Source: Priapulus caudatus (taxonomy: Eukaryota). Taken from it: a stretch of DNA of 64,000 bases. The DNA is taken from contig NW_014577076.1 in assembly GCF_000485595.1 (NCBI RefSeq), positions 471,674 through 535,673 of the forward strand, written 5' to 3'. Made by a program: the position numbers and the translations under genes. Below the pieces are notes generated by a model, which was not told the origin of the DNA, ran no database searches, and was given only the letters and a program-made list of their open reading frames with translations. This document shows, one piece after another, positions 28,001-43,589 of the stretch. Numbering within the stretch: position 1 is the first letter of the stretch; each line of letters starts with the position of its first letter.

Positions 28001-31000
28001 TTGTTTGTCTATCCGCTGAAAAGCACGTGTGAGAGTGCTGTATTTCTTCACAATTTACGACCAATTCTCTTATTTGTGATATTGTTTAATGACTCACGAA
28101 ATGCTGTGACCATAGTAGATATCAGAGGAGCATAAAAATACTGTGTCGATACGTTTAAATGCTATTACCAAAACACCAACAATGAAATTAAGATGGTTTT
28201 GTTGAGGTATTCGTGTCTTTAGAAGATTGCTACACACTAGAGACAGGTAAGGGTAAAGGAATATAGCATGGAATGTGTTCTAAAGTGAAAATCTCAATTT
28301 AGGCAAACACATATAGAGAAAAAGACTTACTGCAACTATAGCCAAAATAAATGTTTTTTAGGTTTACGCTATTTTAAGCACATACCTAACACTGATTAAT
28401 GCATTACAAAAATTACATACAATTATTTATGCTGCCTGAATGCTGTTATCCTATTTATGTTAATTCTACCTAGGCTCCAGAATATATAGTCAATAGAAAC
28501 TACACAGCCGCAATCCGCAAATGAAAGCGATATAGCTAGCACATGACTGCAAATTTCATGCTGACAATCACGGTTAATATTAATCGATTCTGGTTGTGAT
28601 AAGTCCTTTTCGCTATATAGTGTCATTGCCTTAATTCACTCAGTACCTACCTCTGTTGGCTATAGTTTCTCACTAAGGTTATTACAAACGGAAATATGGA
28701 AAGACAACAGACGGCGAAGAATGTTACGAGGGATAAACAGAGTGTGAAGAATAAACTCCATTGAACTCCCTCCCATGCCAAAAACGGGGTTTCTATTTCA
28801 GTGGTATCTGTCAAGATGTGAGAGGATGATGATGAACTTACGATAAACTTTGTCAGCAGTACAGGGCGCTTCCTTCCATCCGCAACAGCAAAAGTCTTCG
28901 ACTGGCCAAAACTTAGAATTGGAAAGCGGGCCGTTTGGAACTGGGGAAACTTTTCATGTTTCTCCTTAGAGAAAATAAAAATTTTCCGCTTGATAAATCA
29001 CACAACAGGATTCTCTACTCTCGTAACTCAAATAGCTGCATCTCCATCTACACATTGAAGCCCATGCAGGCTCTAACTATAGCAAGAGCTAGTACACCAC
29101 ACGAGTGAGAAACGAGCAGTGCCTTAATGAAGAGAATTGTCTGTTGAACTCATTCCTGTGGAGCACATTATTATCATGTACAGTTATGATTTGCGTCTAT
29201 AAAGCATCGAAAAATCAGATGATATGACACAACAAAATGCCCAGGTGGCAAGGAATGCCTACATCATTAGTCTAAACCTCCACTACGAGAAAAAATTAGT
29301 GAATCTTAAAATGATTCGAATATTTTATGCTGCCAGAAAATTAGTAAAATTAAAAGGTTCTGGTTAAGTTGTCTTACAAACACAAGTTAGTCACACTGCT
29401 ATGTATTCTGAAGTAGAAAACTCTTAAACCAATTTACAAGTTACTTTCTACAAGTTATTTTCTATGATAAATAAAAATAGATCAAACTAAATAAATGTTT
29501 CAGAAAGCTCTTTTTTTAAATAGCCTCTCTTTCTTCTGACCAACACAAGCAAGCATTCCCACTACATATATCTGTATGTTACAACAATAAATGTTTTTAA
29601 AATATACAAAGAATCCCTCCTTTCCATCCGTGTGACATATTTTCGTAGAATATACTAGTGTATATCAACCGTATATATACTAGTGTATAGTGAACCCTTT
29701 ACACTTTCTTTTTGATTGCAAGCGAAGGTGCAAGAAGCCTCATGAACAAAAAAAACTGTCGCATTCCAGTTTCATCACTATGCACAGAAGAACAGTGCGT
29801 TCAATACGTTCTGAACAGTCATGCGGTACCTTCATTAAATTATATTTCAGATCTAGCAAGGAAGATGTTCACGACTGAAGCACGTGCGCACATGGCGTGA
29901 ATATCATGTACCTACCTGTGCTCGCTCTAAAGAAACCAGACTCAACAGATTCATGCATCGAAACAATGCTATTACTGAGTATTACTAGCCGTATTACGTG
30001 TTATTTACAAAACAAGTATATATATACCAAGTATTGTTGTACTGAGACAAGCTCAGGAGCACATACTGGTAAACTGATACCAACAAAGGCCCGAGGAATG
30101 CCAGTATTGATGCTGTTAGGAAGCCACTCTAACTTACATCTCGACTTTTCGAGGTCGGTAGGAAGCGGTAGGTACTTATGTACGTCTTACAATCTCCCAT
30201 CTTACGAACTATTTCCGTCATCTGGCTTCACAGAGCAAATATATCACATGCAGATTTAACAGCGAGGACACATTAAGATTCCCCAAATGACGAACGATCC
30301 ACCACAGCTGCAGTACAGTAAACTTGGACGTATGGCAGTGGCAACTATACAAACATATTCTTCTAGAACCATATCCAGAGTCTCTGCGTGTGTCCACTAT
30401 AAACCGCTGCAATTCTCGTCCCCATCGCTAGATTGCAGTGTCACGAGAAGCAATTCGAAGTAGCCGCCGCTTGCGGCAGTACTCCGCGGCCACGCACGTT
30501 ACACGGATTCGAGCGTATCAGAAAAGTAGCGCCAGCAGGGGAGCATGGCCCAAAACACAGCCGCTAGAACCAAAAATACCCTACCAAGTGCTCGTGATGT
30601 TACGGGCGTAAGGCACGCGTGTGCCAAGCCACTCTGCGTCACAGACCCGCAGCATCAATCACCAGCAATGAGGCACGCTCTACCCATCCCACCAACGGGC
30701 CGACCCTAGATCTGGTGTCTTGGCTCCACATGCAGAGTTCACATCTGCCAGCTAACGAGTAGCGAATATAACCGCGTCTGCAACGCTGCCTACCGACGGA
30801 ATTTACCGAAAACAAGATGCTATATGTTAAAACAATTTCTTTGGTCGGTGAGCGCGTACACGCGTGAATTCTGGAGACAAAGGTGCAGACGGTCATCCTG
30901 GTTTTTACGGGAAGGGGATGCAGAGTTCATGTAGTCTCACTTAAGCATGCCTTCTTGTACACGTACGCACGCATTCCCTAGAGACGAACTAGTTTTAAAA

Positions 31001-34000
31001 ATTAAGTACGGACACATGCCCGCTGACGTAGCCATGGCCTCGATCGTGGTCTGTCTACAAATAACGCGTTGTCAACATGTTTTCTTCGCAGAGCATCTTG
31101 ACTAGCAACGTTGTATCGTTTTTACACTGCACTTGGTGCATCAGGTGTAATGTAGCAACAACACAGCGCAACACAACACTTGCACAGAAATCTAGTATTG
31201 TAACCTGATAAATAACCTATTATTGCCACTAAAAGTGGAAAAAGTGAAAACTAAAGATATAAGATTTTGAAAAATGATTTCCTCATGATTATATCGCGAC
31301 CAGCATTGTTCGAAGAAAATTTTTCGGCCTCGAAAGTCAGGACGTATAGTGGCCCTGAGATGAGCAGGGTATATGCTCTTGCTCTCCAGTCGAACAGATG
31401 CTAGCGGTACTAAACTATAGTGATGCTCTCCGGTTTCCTCGACAAAGTATAGCCGGCTCCCGTGCCGCCAAGCTTGCCAAACACGCGCCACACGGCGAAC
31501 AACAACCGCGGCTTGTTGAAGTAAGTCGTGTGTAACGATTGTATTGAAGCTCACAAGTAACCAACGAGGAAATTAAAAAACACATCGTAAGATTGCAGCG
31601 CCACTATGTGTAAGCTTGGAGCGCGTGTAAGATTTCTGGTACACATTAATTTTGGTAACGTTCGAAATATATGCTCTCTCTGTTTCCATATTCAGCACCA
31701 AACGCCTATCATAAACAAAAATATATCCACACCGTATTACAATTAAGTTACCCAGAGAATGCTGTGAGCAGATACGCCTGTGATATCAGTATTAAAAAAA
31801 TCGCCATAAACTCACCAGATCATGAGGCGAAAATATTCAAAGAACCACCAACTACATCATTATCCGTTACAATATTCACGCTCCCTCAGAAATATATTAC
31901 ATATAATAAATATACTACGTTCTATGATTTAAGCAACCCCTCCGACCACTATGCATCTTCAGGCCAATGACCCGGCCGGCCCCCCCCCAGGTTGAAATTC
32001 CAGATTGAAATTGTAACCTTTACCAAACGTTCTCCACCCATAGCACCACACACATATATTAGTTACCATATGTCATACCAACTGTAATCAGGCTATGAGG
32101 TTAACCAAACAGGCAGTGTCAGACTAGATCATATTCCCTATTAGCTGCTCTGCCTGAAACGCATAATTCCTGACACATTTCATCCGACTCGCGCTGTTAG
32201 CTATACCAACCGCATAAAAGCCATCATAGGGTTCATAATGCCCTTGCTAATGTCAAAATTACCACATAACCATAAAATGTCTGCAAGATGTGATATTTTT
32301 GTTGGGAAAGCTAAACATTAATTATACTACAACCGCTAATTACACTACAAAGACCAGAGACAATGTGTGAAATAATTAAGAATGCAAATTAAATAACAGC
32401 TACGCACAGTACGGCAATGTTTACAACGTGTGATAGAGCAGTATCACCCGATCGGCTCTACGCGCACATTACTCGCTCGCTCGTATATATTATAGCGTGT
32501 GGCAAACGCTAGCCATGCATCCGGCCACACTACAGGGACCCATCTGGATGTATGCCGCCTTACTGAGATCGCAATTAAAGAAGGACAAACAGTAGCAGAG
32601 ATATGCGCACGGAATCTGTACATCACGGCTACACGAGCACTAAGTTGCTTAAATCCACCCTGGTGGCAAGTGCACGTACTAAACAACCGAACCGAGCAGT
32701 TAACGATATACGCTCAGCGTTATTACCGCCTGTGCCTCTACGCTGCGACTTTGAATGCGAACATTGCGCGGAACATTCTCCTCAATGAATGTTTAATCGA
32801 AACACATAAAAGTTTCCGGAAAAGCAGATCAAATCAAAACCAATATAACGCCGGAAGATTCATGACTGCTTTTCACGTGGCAATCACACAACCGATGTGA
32901 CATTCAGCCATGGAAACATAGCGCTACATCATTGCAGGTAGAATTGTTCGACTTCACTTTTCTTCCATGAACTGAAAATTTTTGTATCAGCAAAATAACC
33001 TTTACTTGGCATTCAGTAGCGACGAATAGACAATGCCGGCAGCTGATATCGAAATCAAGCGAATGCAGACAAAATCCGTTCGAGGATATTAATTTGCACT
33101 GTAAGTGAAACTCGTAGGGTATAGAGGCTGGAATGGTGCTAATGGCTATTGCCTAGTGCAGTTATCACGCGAACTGCACGATACATATAGCCGCGTTTAT
33201 TCCTAGCTTGTATAGCATTCATACTGTAACTCGGCAGGCTGAATTCCAAGTATAGATGTCATTAATTAAATTTGTGGTTAGGTATCCGATTCGAAATAAA
33301 ACTATTCACAACACCTCCGACAAGTAATATTGGGCGAAACAATTAAAACAGGAAAATTACTTCCCTTCTAAAAACCTTTAGAGGTAAGTGACAGAAAAGG
33401 ACAATTCGTTGCTATATTTTCATACCTATATATAACACGTTCAGGGACTTTTAACCGTTTCAACAATAGCTCAGATTTATGAATAGTATATCTATTTCTT
33501 TATTCAATGAATAGAACCTTTCATAAAAGAATACATATAATTGCAGTTCTTTCACCATGCACTTTTCTGAGGTGCTTGATATTTGACAATGATGTTACAA
33601 TACTACGGAATTAGTACAAAATTGTGAAGAATTATGCTACCGTTTGCAGTTGCTTAGGCACGTAAGGCACACACAGGCAGGTAATACTTCAATTTTAATT
33701 CTTCGTCAATAGAAATGAGACATGTACAGTACTCGCTTTTATAAGTTTTTTTTTTTACATTTCAATGTAAACTTGGATTAGTCAACAGACAATAGACAAC
33801 AATACGCAGAGGAAATATAAATGACCTATCTCACTTGATATCGATTTTAGCTTCACCAACACAGCTCTTAAGCTTACATTGATTCAAGAAACAGCATTAG
33901 TAAATTATCAAGACTCAATATTTGCACTCAAATCGCTACTTGACTCTTTCCATCGATTTTCTATCGAAAATGTTAAGTTGGAAATCAATCGACTTTACCA

Positions 34001-34232
34001 GTCGTGTGAGTGTAGGGAGGATGGACATTGTGATAACCTTACTCCTTATGCCTAGGATGCCTCACAGCTGTTCCCCTGGTTCAATTCCGAAAGTCAGCTT
34101 ATTCGCCATATGCCACGTACCACATGAATTTCGTCCAAATTAAGTAACTGTAAACTATTTTCAGACAGGCAAAATAGAGCAATAACCATACAGCTATAGG
34201 GTGACAACATGCACGGGGCAAACTGCATAACA

Positions 34233-36263
34233 CAGTGCTATTCAACCTTTTTTGAACTTGTTCACCCCTAGCGACTCGACTTCTGAAGTCATTCACCCCA
34301 CTATCCCATTATCCATTTTTTTTATTACTTTTGAAACTGCAATGCTTAACTAAGTCCTAACCCAGTACTGTCCTAACCTAACCTAACCGTACGAACTAAT
34401 GTGACGGCTGTTGTTGTATGCTGTCCGCGATTTTGTCAAATCTGGGCTCGAGTTCTGATAGCGCCCCTCTCATGAGCGTGTCCACGTCTTCAATTGAGGC
34501 TCGCTGCTTGGTCTTGATGCCCGCCAGGGCTGAAAATTTCTTTTTGCAAAGGTAGGAGCTGGGCATTGCTACGAGGGCGCTTACAGCTTCTTCAGTGATT
34601 TGTTGGTACCCGGGGATGGGTAGCAGTGATATTCCAGAAGTGCACTGTAATGTCTCCAAAAGTCTGAAGTTAACGGGTTCTGGACGAGGTGCGGTCTGGC
34701 GCGTTTGCTAACATCTTTCGCTTCGTCAGAGCCACCGCACAAAAGGAATTGATTTCCACTGCTTTTTTGGCAATTCTCCGTGCTTCTCCTTCTTCGGAAA
34801 GTATTTGTTGAAATCGATTGAAGGCAGTGTGAGGTGGTCGACCACCATTTAGTTACACTGGTCTGGCAACGACTCCTCTTCATCTCCATGCACCACCAAG
34901 TTGGATCCTCGCATGAAAGAGTCTGTAGCTAAGAAAGTCCGAAAAATCAGCATTCTCAACCTTCTGTTCCACTGTTCGATCTCTTTTCGAAGCGCGTGTA
35001 CCTTAGAAATCGTAATGAATCACGTCGCCATCAATTTCCTTGAGAGCCCAAGGTTCAACTTGTTCAGGTGGCCGGAAGACATCTGCAGCCAAATAGGCCA
35101 CACCTGCTGAACGACACGCCAAAAGTCATCGTTGAAACCGAGCACAGCCTTCTCGTCTGCTTGCTCCGTGAAAAATACTGTGCAATTCTTCTGCCGAAAG
35201 CCAGAACTCGGTTAGCAGCTTTCCCCACCTTGATAACTCAGCGAACGCCACTGTGGTAGAGCAGTTCGAAATATTCGGATCCATGTCCTTGCAAAGTTTT
35301 ACTGAACATCCGATGCTTCTTCGTGTTGGCTTTCACTGCATTCACGTCTTCACAACGTCCTCCAGTACCAGTTCATTCTTCTCGGTCTTGTCCGATCCTA
35401 TCGGCTTTGCAGCCAAGGCTTCTCTGTGAATCATACAGTGTGTGGCGACGCAAGTTGGCGACACAGCTTGGTTTTTTTTGACAAGCCCGTTCACTCGTCC
35501 AGTCATTGCCGCTGCTCCGTCTGTGGTCATAGCCTTGCATTTATCCAATTGCACATCCCCTTTATCCAAGAACTCAGTCAGCTTGTCAAAAATTGCTTGC
35601 GCAGTGGTTTCGACTCCTACCGGTACACAGCACACGTAGTGGTCGACGAGAGTTCCCTTCTCCAAGTCGGGGATATGGCAATAAACGATCAACTGCACTT
35701 GCATCAAGTTGAAGACCGTAACAGACAGCTTGGTGTAGTTTCTTGAAAAGCTGATCTTTCAAGTCATCAGCAACCATCTTGCACCGGCGGCGAGTGGTAG
35801 TGTCGGACAGAGCAAGCTTGTCCACCTTCTTCACAGCCTCGTCTCCTCCGTGAATAATTTTAGCAGCAATCTTCAGGCAGGGCAGAACCACGGTCTCGAG
35901 TTCGGTGTATGGTCGTTTCGCTTGCATCATCACGAGAGCCATTTCCAGTGATGCCCTCACCAGCGGCTTCTCCTTGTTGGCTACTAACACCACGCTTTCA
36001 AAAGAAGATTGTTGACTCCAGAACGCCTTCAGCTCGGCCTCGAAAAATTCTTTGCTCTTGTTCTGGTGTTCGGGATGTTTGTTCTTGAGGTGTAGGGCGA
36101 GTTTAGATGGAGCCAGGCTCTCGTTTGAAAATACCAGGCGAAAATACCGTCGTTGACCGTTCCTAAATCTCATTCACCCCCATTCACCCTATCTTCCCCA
36201 TTCACCCCAATCCAAATTTCATTCACCCTAGGGTGCACCGTTCACCCCGGTTGAATAGCACTG
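34233..36263 (-). mobile_element. hAT DNA transposon, Buster/Charlie clade, defective
   Basis: Perfect 15-bp TIRs CAGTGCTATTCAACC (34233-34247) and GGTTGAATAGCACTG (36249-36263). Perfect 8-bp TSD GCATAACA (34225-34232, 36264-36271) with central TA. Subterminal TTCACCC(C) repeats at both ends. Confidence 0.95.
34396..36173 (-). pseudogene. Frameshifted Buster-type (ZBED5/ZBED8/SCAND3-like) hAT transposase
   Basis: Motifs spread over several frames: SNESLAPSKLALHLKNKHP, LSDTT, YGLQLD, TTDGAAAMTG, HCMIHREALAAK, PSSYLCKKKFS, EPRFDKI..QQQPSH*. The BED finger is truncated and the usual YLCE Glu reads K. Confidence 0.9.
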
Positions 36264-37598
36264 GCATAACACACACACGTTTACGCATCTCATTCATTGG
36301 CGCAATGAAATATACCTTATGGAGTCGAAACGAAATCCCTTGGTGGGCTTGGGGGAATGTTGCCTACAACGTGATATTTCTAGCTGCTTCGACTTTTTAG
36401 ACACAGAAAAAAATAATTTTCGTGGTCATTTTTATCAATATAGTTTCATACAGATAGATCCAGATTTGGAAACGGGGTTATCAAAATTAGCATGTTTCTT
36501 GATAATTGCTTTATAGTGTTTAATAAACAGAAGATACCTTCGAACGCCAACTATTGAGTAATTATACTAAGGTATTATAAAAGAACGGTCTATAGCTAGT
36601 AAAAATTACAAAGCGGGTATTCACCACCAAAATGTCATCATCTTGTCATCTGCGTGTACTGGCCGTATGTACTACATACACCCTAGTAGTACACTACAGA
36701 TCATACAATCCTCAGTAAAATCTTCGCTTCAGAGTCTATAAACGCGATCTAAGTCTAATTGTACGATCCCCGTTTACCAAAATTAAGTTAACACAAGTCA
36801 ATCATATTTTTTATTGATATAATATCGTTGATTATTTACTGTTTGGATTTTAGAGAATCGACATTAAAATCAGTCAAAACCCTCTGGGTCAACTGACCGA
36901 TTGATCGTCGCTGCACATCAAGTAAGCTCGGCGAGAACAATTTATATTGTTTCCATTTCCATCAATGATATATCCTATAATTAAACAGCAGATACTTTTG
37001 CCTGGTCTTAATGCAGTTGATATGCAAATTGTAATGTTGATTCGATAACATCAATTTGTAGCACTTGAATTGCAGGCTCATGTGCCAGCCAAAATCACGA
37101 ATATTTACAAGATTGTAAAGAAAAGTCTGGATTGCTAGGATTCCTTATGACATATGACACAATTGTCATCATAAGTTATAGTACTGGGTAATTCGATTTA
37201 GAATTCAAACTCAAACTCAATCCCGTCCCCCGAGATCTGTGGTAAACATGTAGTATTCGCTTCGCGTAATGCGCATCAATGCTGATTTAAATCTATGAGA
37301 ACCCGTAGAAACAAATGTCTATATGTCCATAACATGTATTTTGTTTTGAGTTTTACTTTTGCATTCCGACGCCATTTTTAACCTGCGTTTCTCAAGCCTT
37401 AGAGGACGAAGACATGCAGTGACATGCATGGGGATGTGGGAATTTTCTGGCAAAGGGCAAGTTTAAACAGAACTGGCAGCTAGGACATATGCTAACTCCT
37501 ATAACGTGTCGTCTGTTATACTGTTGTTGTACTGTGATAGCTTTTTATTCTCGGGGAAATTAGCTCGATGGATGCCCGCGTTGCACGGTCCTAAAAAT

Positions 37599-37751
37599 CA
37601 CAGGCACTTGAAGCGTTTCAATAAAATATAATGCTAAATAAATACGAAATCTATTTACACATACACATACACACACACCCACCCCATACCCCCATACACA
37701 TACCCACACATACATTTACTATATTTTATTGAAACGCTTCAAGTGCCTGTG
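37599..37751. mobile_element. 153-bp MITE (CA..TG ends, 8-bp TSD; P- or hAT-like)
   Basis: 32-bp perfect TIR CACAGGCACTTGAAGCGTTTCAATAAAATATA. Flanks CTAAAAAT and CTCAAAAT match at 7/8. Confidence 0.8.
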
Positions 37752-38531
37752 CTCAAAATCAATCTATAAAGTCGGCAGTACATTATTGTAATCAGCAACA
37801 TATATAACGTATGTAACATATGTGTAATACAATTTATATACAATGTAAACACAAATGTATACAGAACGAATAAGGTATCAGTGCAGAGGTGCACACACAA
37901 CGTGTGGTCAATCGGGATGACGCTTATTTTACCTTTCAATGTGTATTATACAATTTCCTAATGCAAAACGTGCGATTAATTCGAACTTTCTCGATTAATT
38001 TCATATATGGAACCCCACTTGCTGTAGCTTAAATCCCCATCCGCCATTATGATATTTCAGAAATTATGCAACAGACAGAAAATCATTTATAAACATTAAA
38101 AGACCCAAATATTTGATAGCACGAGTTTTCACATTATGTTCAAGATGAAACGCTCGCCTAAGTGCATATACTCTTGGGGGTAAGGGCAATACAACCGACA
38201 CGATGCGGGTAAAGCCAACGTGAAAGCTTGTGCTGTTTGCAACTGTGCGCGTAAGTGTGATATACTGCCGTGATGTTAGAGTGGCACGATTTGTCAACGC
38301 AATCGGCTGCAAAAAATACTGCCACGCAATAAAGAACGTCTACGATTGATGATGCAAATTACTGCTGCAAAAATAGATGGAAATCTAGTGCAACGACTGA
38401 ATCCTAATCCGGTTTCAAATCACATCCAAACACGGGTAGTGCTATTTGGGATATAGGTAGATAAATGTCCTTCAGAACGACAGCGTCTACGGGAAGCAGC
38501 CTGCTAACAACTATATCCGTGCGGTTGTGCC

Positions 38532-38611
38532 ACAGTGCAGTAACTGTGCAGTAACTGTAACAGTGTGTAACAGTGCAGTAACTGTGCAGTAACAGTGCAG
38601 CAGAACTGCAC
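38532..38611. repeat. Short GTGCAGTAAC-type low-complexity repeat
   Basis: Repeated cagtgcagtaactgtg motifs. Confidence 0.6.
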
Positions 38612-39922
38612 AAGCATGCAAAATCATAACCACGAGGGAACAATTTACGTCAAGTAACTGACCACATCTACTAACAGTAACAAACATTCGCACACAAGAG
38701 ACTCGCGATACACGTAGCGTGTTACCTTCCTCCTTGCTGTCTTCCACGAGCGCGTGAAGCAGGTGAACTTCATTGTGATCAGCACTACAAAGATGAGCAC
38801 ACAGCAGAGCGCAGCCAGTAGAGGAGTGACAAGCAAGAACATGCTACCGTCCTCGCGTCCACGCGTAGCATCTCACCTCACCTGACCCACGGCCATCGCA
38901 GCACAGCCATGCTGAAGGTGGCCTACTAACGACGACGAGGTGCTAACGCGATACACTTGCGTGGCTAGCAACCCGTTCGGCTAGCTAGCGTCGAGCCACG
39001 ATGACCGCGGGAGTAAACGACCAATGTCGATGTCCAGTAACGCGAACACACCAGGTTACGCGGGCCGCAAACTCTCTGTAAATGACTAGTAACGAAGTTC
39101 GACCTCACTGTGCTCGCTTCCTCGTACTGGCACCTAATTTGTGGATTCCATCAGCATTTGCCACTCCAACGCTCTTGCCGAAAAACACCGACAAGCAAAA
39201 TGAACTAAAACGTGTATTAACCAGAGAGAGGCCTCATTTGTCACAGCACTTTACGCACACGCTTCTGCACATGTCCTGTTCGTGTGTGTCGAAAAAGCTC
39301 GCGATTCACTAATGAATTTTTCACATTTTGATTTATTACTCCTGGAAATTCATCTGCTGCGATTTATCATGCGGGTGGCACAGTGAAGTGATGAAAAATT
39401 ATAGTGACTTCTCTCCTCTAATCACAAGTGCTGCGTCTATAACGTGCTGACACTAGAGCACAGCGGTAACTTACAGTTACAGGACCCACTCGCAGTAGCA
39501 GTGGTAGCAATCCGGCCAGGTGTGTGACACTTTTTACTCAGTGCTCCTGCCTGGCACGAGCTATACCTCCGCTTCTGATTTCATTCTCAACTCCTGCCAC
39601 AGGCTGAGACGGCTGGACACATCTGTGGAACTTGCTTTAGTTCACATGGTAACGCATCACTATGAATAATTCACACCGCATTCTTAGCTAACCCTCGCGA
39701 TAGTTAAACAGCACTTTGTACGTTTAATACGCGGCTATTAATAATTCAGGAACGATATACGAGAATTAGCCGCCGACGCGCACGATGAATTCTCATGATG
39801 ACAACGAATCTTCACGACGACCTCCATGATATTTCGATGGTGCACTACGATGATACAGTGTCCTGATTCTACTGAGAGTCGTTAACTACATCCTTCTCCT
39901 CATTTGCCTAATAACACATCCG

Positions 39923-41064
<1,142 letters not shown>

Positions 41065-41189
41065 CACTTCTCTGTCTCTTTCTTTTGGATCACTCACTTG
41101 CTTGCAAACCAGATTGCAAGATCTGATGCCTCGGATAGATCCCAACGACGCTTAAAAAAAAAGTCAACAGTCGAGGCTTAGCTTGCAGC

Positions 41190-41910
41190 CTCTCCTCGTC
41201 GCGTCATCTTGTTGCGATCGTGCGCGACGCGCAGACACGCCGAGCCACTACACTCATTACCCCAGCTCACTCATGCACCGAGCAGCGATTAGGCGTCGCA
41301 TCCTTCGCTGACGAACACGCCGACGCACTACCGACGACGACGACGACGACAACGTGGTCGCTAACACCGGCGAGTTGACGCTGACTGCACGCGCGCACGT
41401 CTCGATAACACGCTAGCATTGCGGCCAACTGCCGACAGTCGCGTGCGCAAACGCGGCGCGCTGGGACTCGGCGACACTAAATCTATGGATACGCATCAGC
41501 CCGCAAGCCATGATCGAAGCCCCCCGCGCGCACATGCTACCACGGCAGGCAATCAATGGCCTAGAATCACACACACACGCGCGCGCGCGCGACGGGCGCA
41601 CAGACACACACACACACACACACGCACAGAGAGAGAGCGAGACACTCGGCTGCCACAACGAGCCACCACCACCTGTTAACTGCCGTCGCCCGATTGCCAA
41701 ACACGAGCGCGCGAGATGAGTATTTGCCTAACAGAAGAGAAACGCCACTGTGCTGCAGTGTGCGCGCAGCCAGCGCGTCTCAATGAATTTAATTACGGAA
41801 CGGACCGACGACGCGCGGGTGTTACGTATACTCACGCGCAATCAATAGCGAGCGGCATGTGCACACTGCCGATAACCCTCGGCACATGATACTATGTGCG
41901 GCCGACGACT
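41190..41910. promoter_or_regulatory. CpG-rich intronic island, possible alternative promoter
   Basis: High CpG and GC content against an AT-rich background, with (CA)/(CG) runs. Function is inferred only. Confidence 0.3.
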
Positions 41911-43589
41911 CTCCCCTTTGGCTCAATCACTTAATTGGACGCTGTGCGATGCAGATCGCGCCGCTCCATTACAGATACATCACTCGCGGATTATAATGCC
42001 GAGCATTCTTTTCGAGAAGCGAGATTAACATTTGCATGTCAACAATTGGCGTCGCGGCCTGATACGTCAGTTGGAGCTGTCACATTATGCTCGCGTAATC
42101 ACGACGGCGGCAAATCACAGCTGTCACATATATGAATTTTACGATCAAATGGCCGCTCAATGTCTAAACCTAACGTGTGACCGCTGCGCTATATACGACG
42201 CAGGGTTCAAACGTCACCATTTAGTGAGGGTTTATGCTCCGGGAATAGACAAACGGTACTGCGTACTTTACTCGACTGAACACACTACAGAAGCTCTTTG
42301 AATCGAAAAGGTCGACATGCAGGACTTGTTCTCGATAATGTGGTATTTGTGCGAGAATATATAATTACATAGCACAGCCCTGCGTCACCAGCATTTCCTG
42401 GAACTAACTAGATCATGCTAGCTGTCAATCTAGTGACATAGAGAATTAAATACAACCAATCTATCGTGGAATTAGATATCGTGACATATCATATCTTACA
42501 TATTGGCATTCTATAAATTGGATGCTATATATAGGCCATGTCACTTTACTCACAATGTGTACTTGCGATAAATGAAAGTTAACATGCTCGATATTTTTTA
42601 TTATACTGTTACAGGGTATATAGAACTCTAGGTTTAGCTCTCTCAAGATCTCTCCTGCTTCTCTCCTCTTTTCCCCACTCTTCTTCTTTTCTTCATGCAC
42701 CCCTTCTCAACATCACTCCCCCCTCTCTCTCTTTCTCTCTCTATTCATGTAGCTCCATAATAATTTTTAATTCAGATCCAAAATAGCTGATGAGTGTCAT
42801 TGCATGAGCATCGGCATGCTCTGGTAAGCAAAGCACACTTGATAATGTCAAGCGAAACGCAGTTAGAAATTAATTAAACTTTATCAGGGGAGTTTTGCTG
42901 TTCAAGTCATTGTACGCTTATGTATATACGGATCTAGAATGAAGGTATCCATGCGAAATTTAAAACAACCCATCGGTACCGAAATGCTGAGCCTTTCTTA
43001 GTGGCTTATGAAATGTTATTGCAGCATTGCAACAACGCGTTTATAATCGAACCAGCGTCTGTCCATTACACCACAATTGAGCCACCGAGCTAACAATACG
43101 ACTACGCTACTGTGAAATCCGTAGCCGAGGTGAAAAGAACATGGATTCCATTTTCCTCCCGACGAATTCGGGAATTTTGCATTTGAGAACATTTTTACGA
43201 GCGCTTGCGTACAAATGCAAACAGACGACTCTAAACTGGAGCAAACATACGCGATTCCGTGTGCGCACTAAAATCTGCATGGATCTCCCTGACGGCGCTT
43301 CGGGAGCATTGCATGGTGAATGATAATGGCTTCAGCGTGGAGTGGATTGATGTGTGAGCGCCAGCATTACTGTCTCTGCCATGATTAATCACGCCATTGC
43401 GATGTCGCCTCTCAATGCATGATTACATCAGCCGAAAGAGAATATTTCAGTGTAAAGGGAAAGGTTCAAGGAACGGGTGTGCGTGCGCGCTGAGGTGTGT
43501 GTGTGTATGTGGGAGGGGGAGTATGCTAGTATATGCTTGATGTCTCTATAATGCTTGACATCATAAACTTCGTATTAAGAAGAATCCCG

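Noticed and set aside
42787..42870. CTGATGAG...CGAAAC, hammerhead-ribozyme-like core
   Set aside because: I could not form stems I and II by eye. An Infernal search against hammerhead models would settle it.
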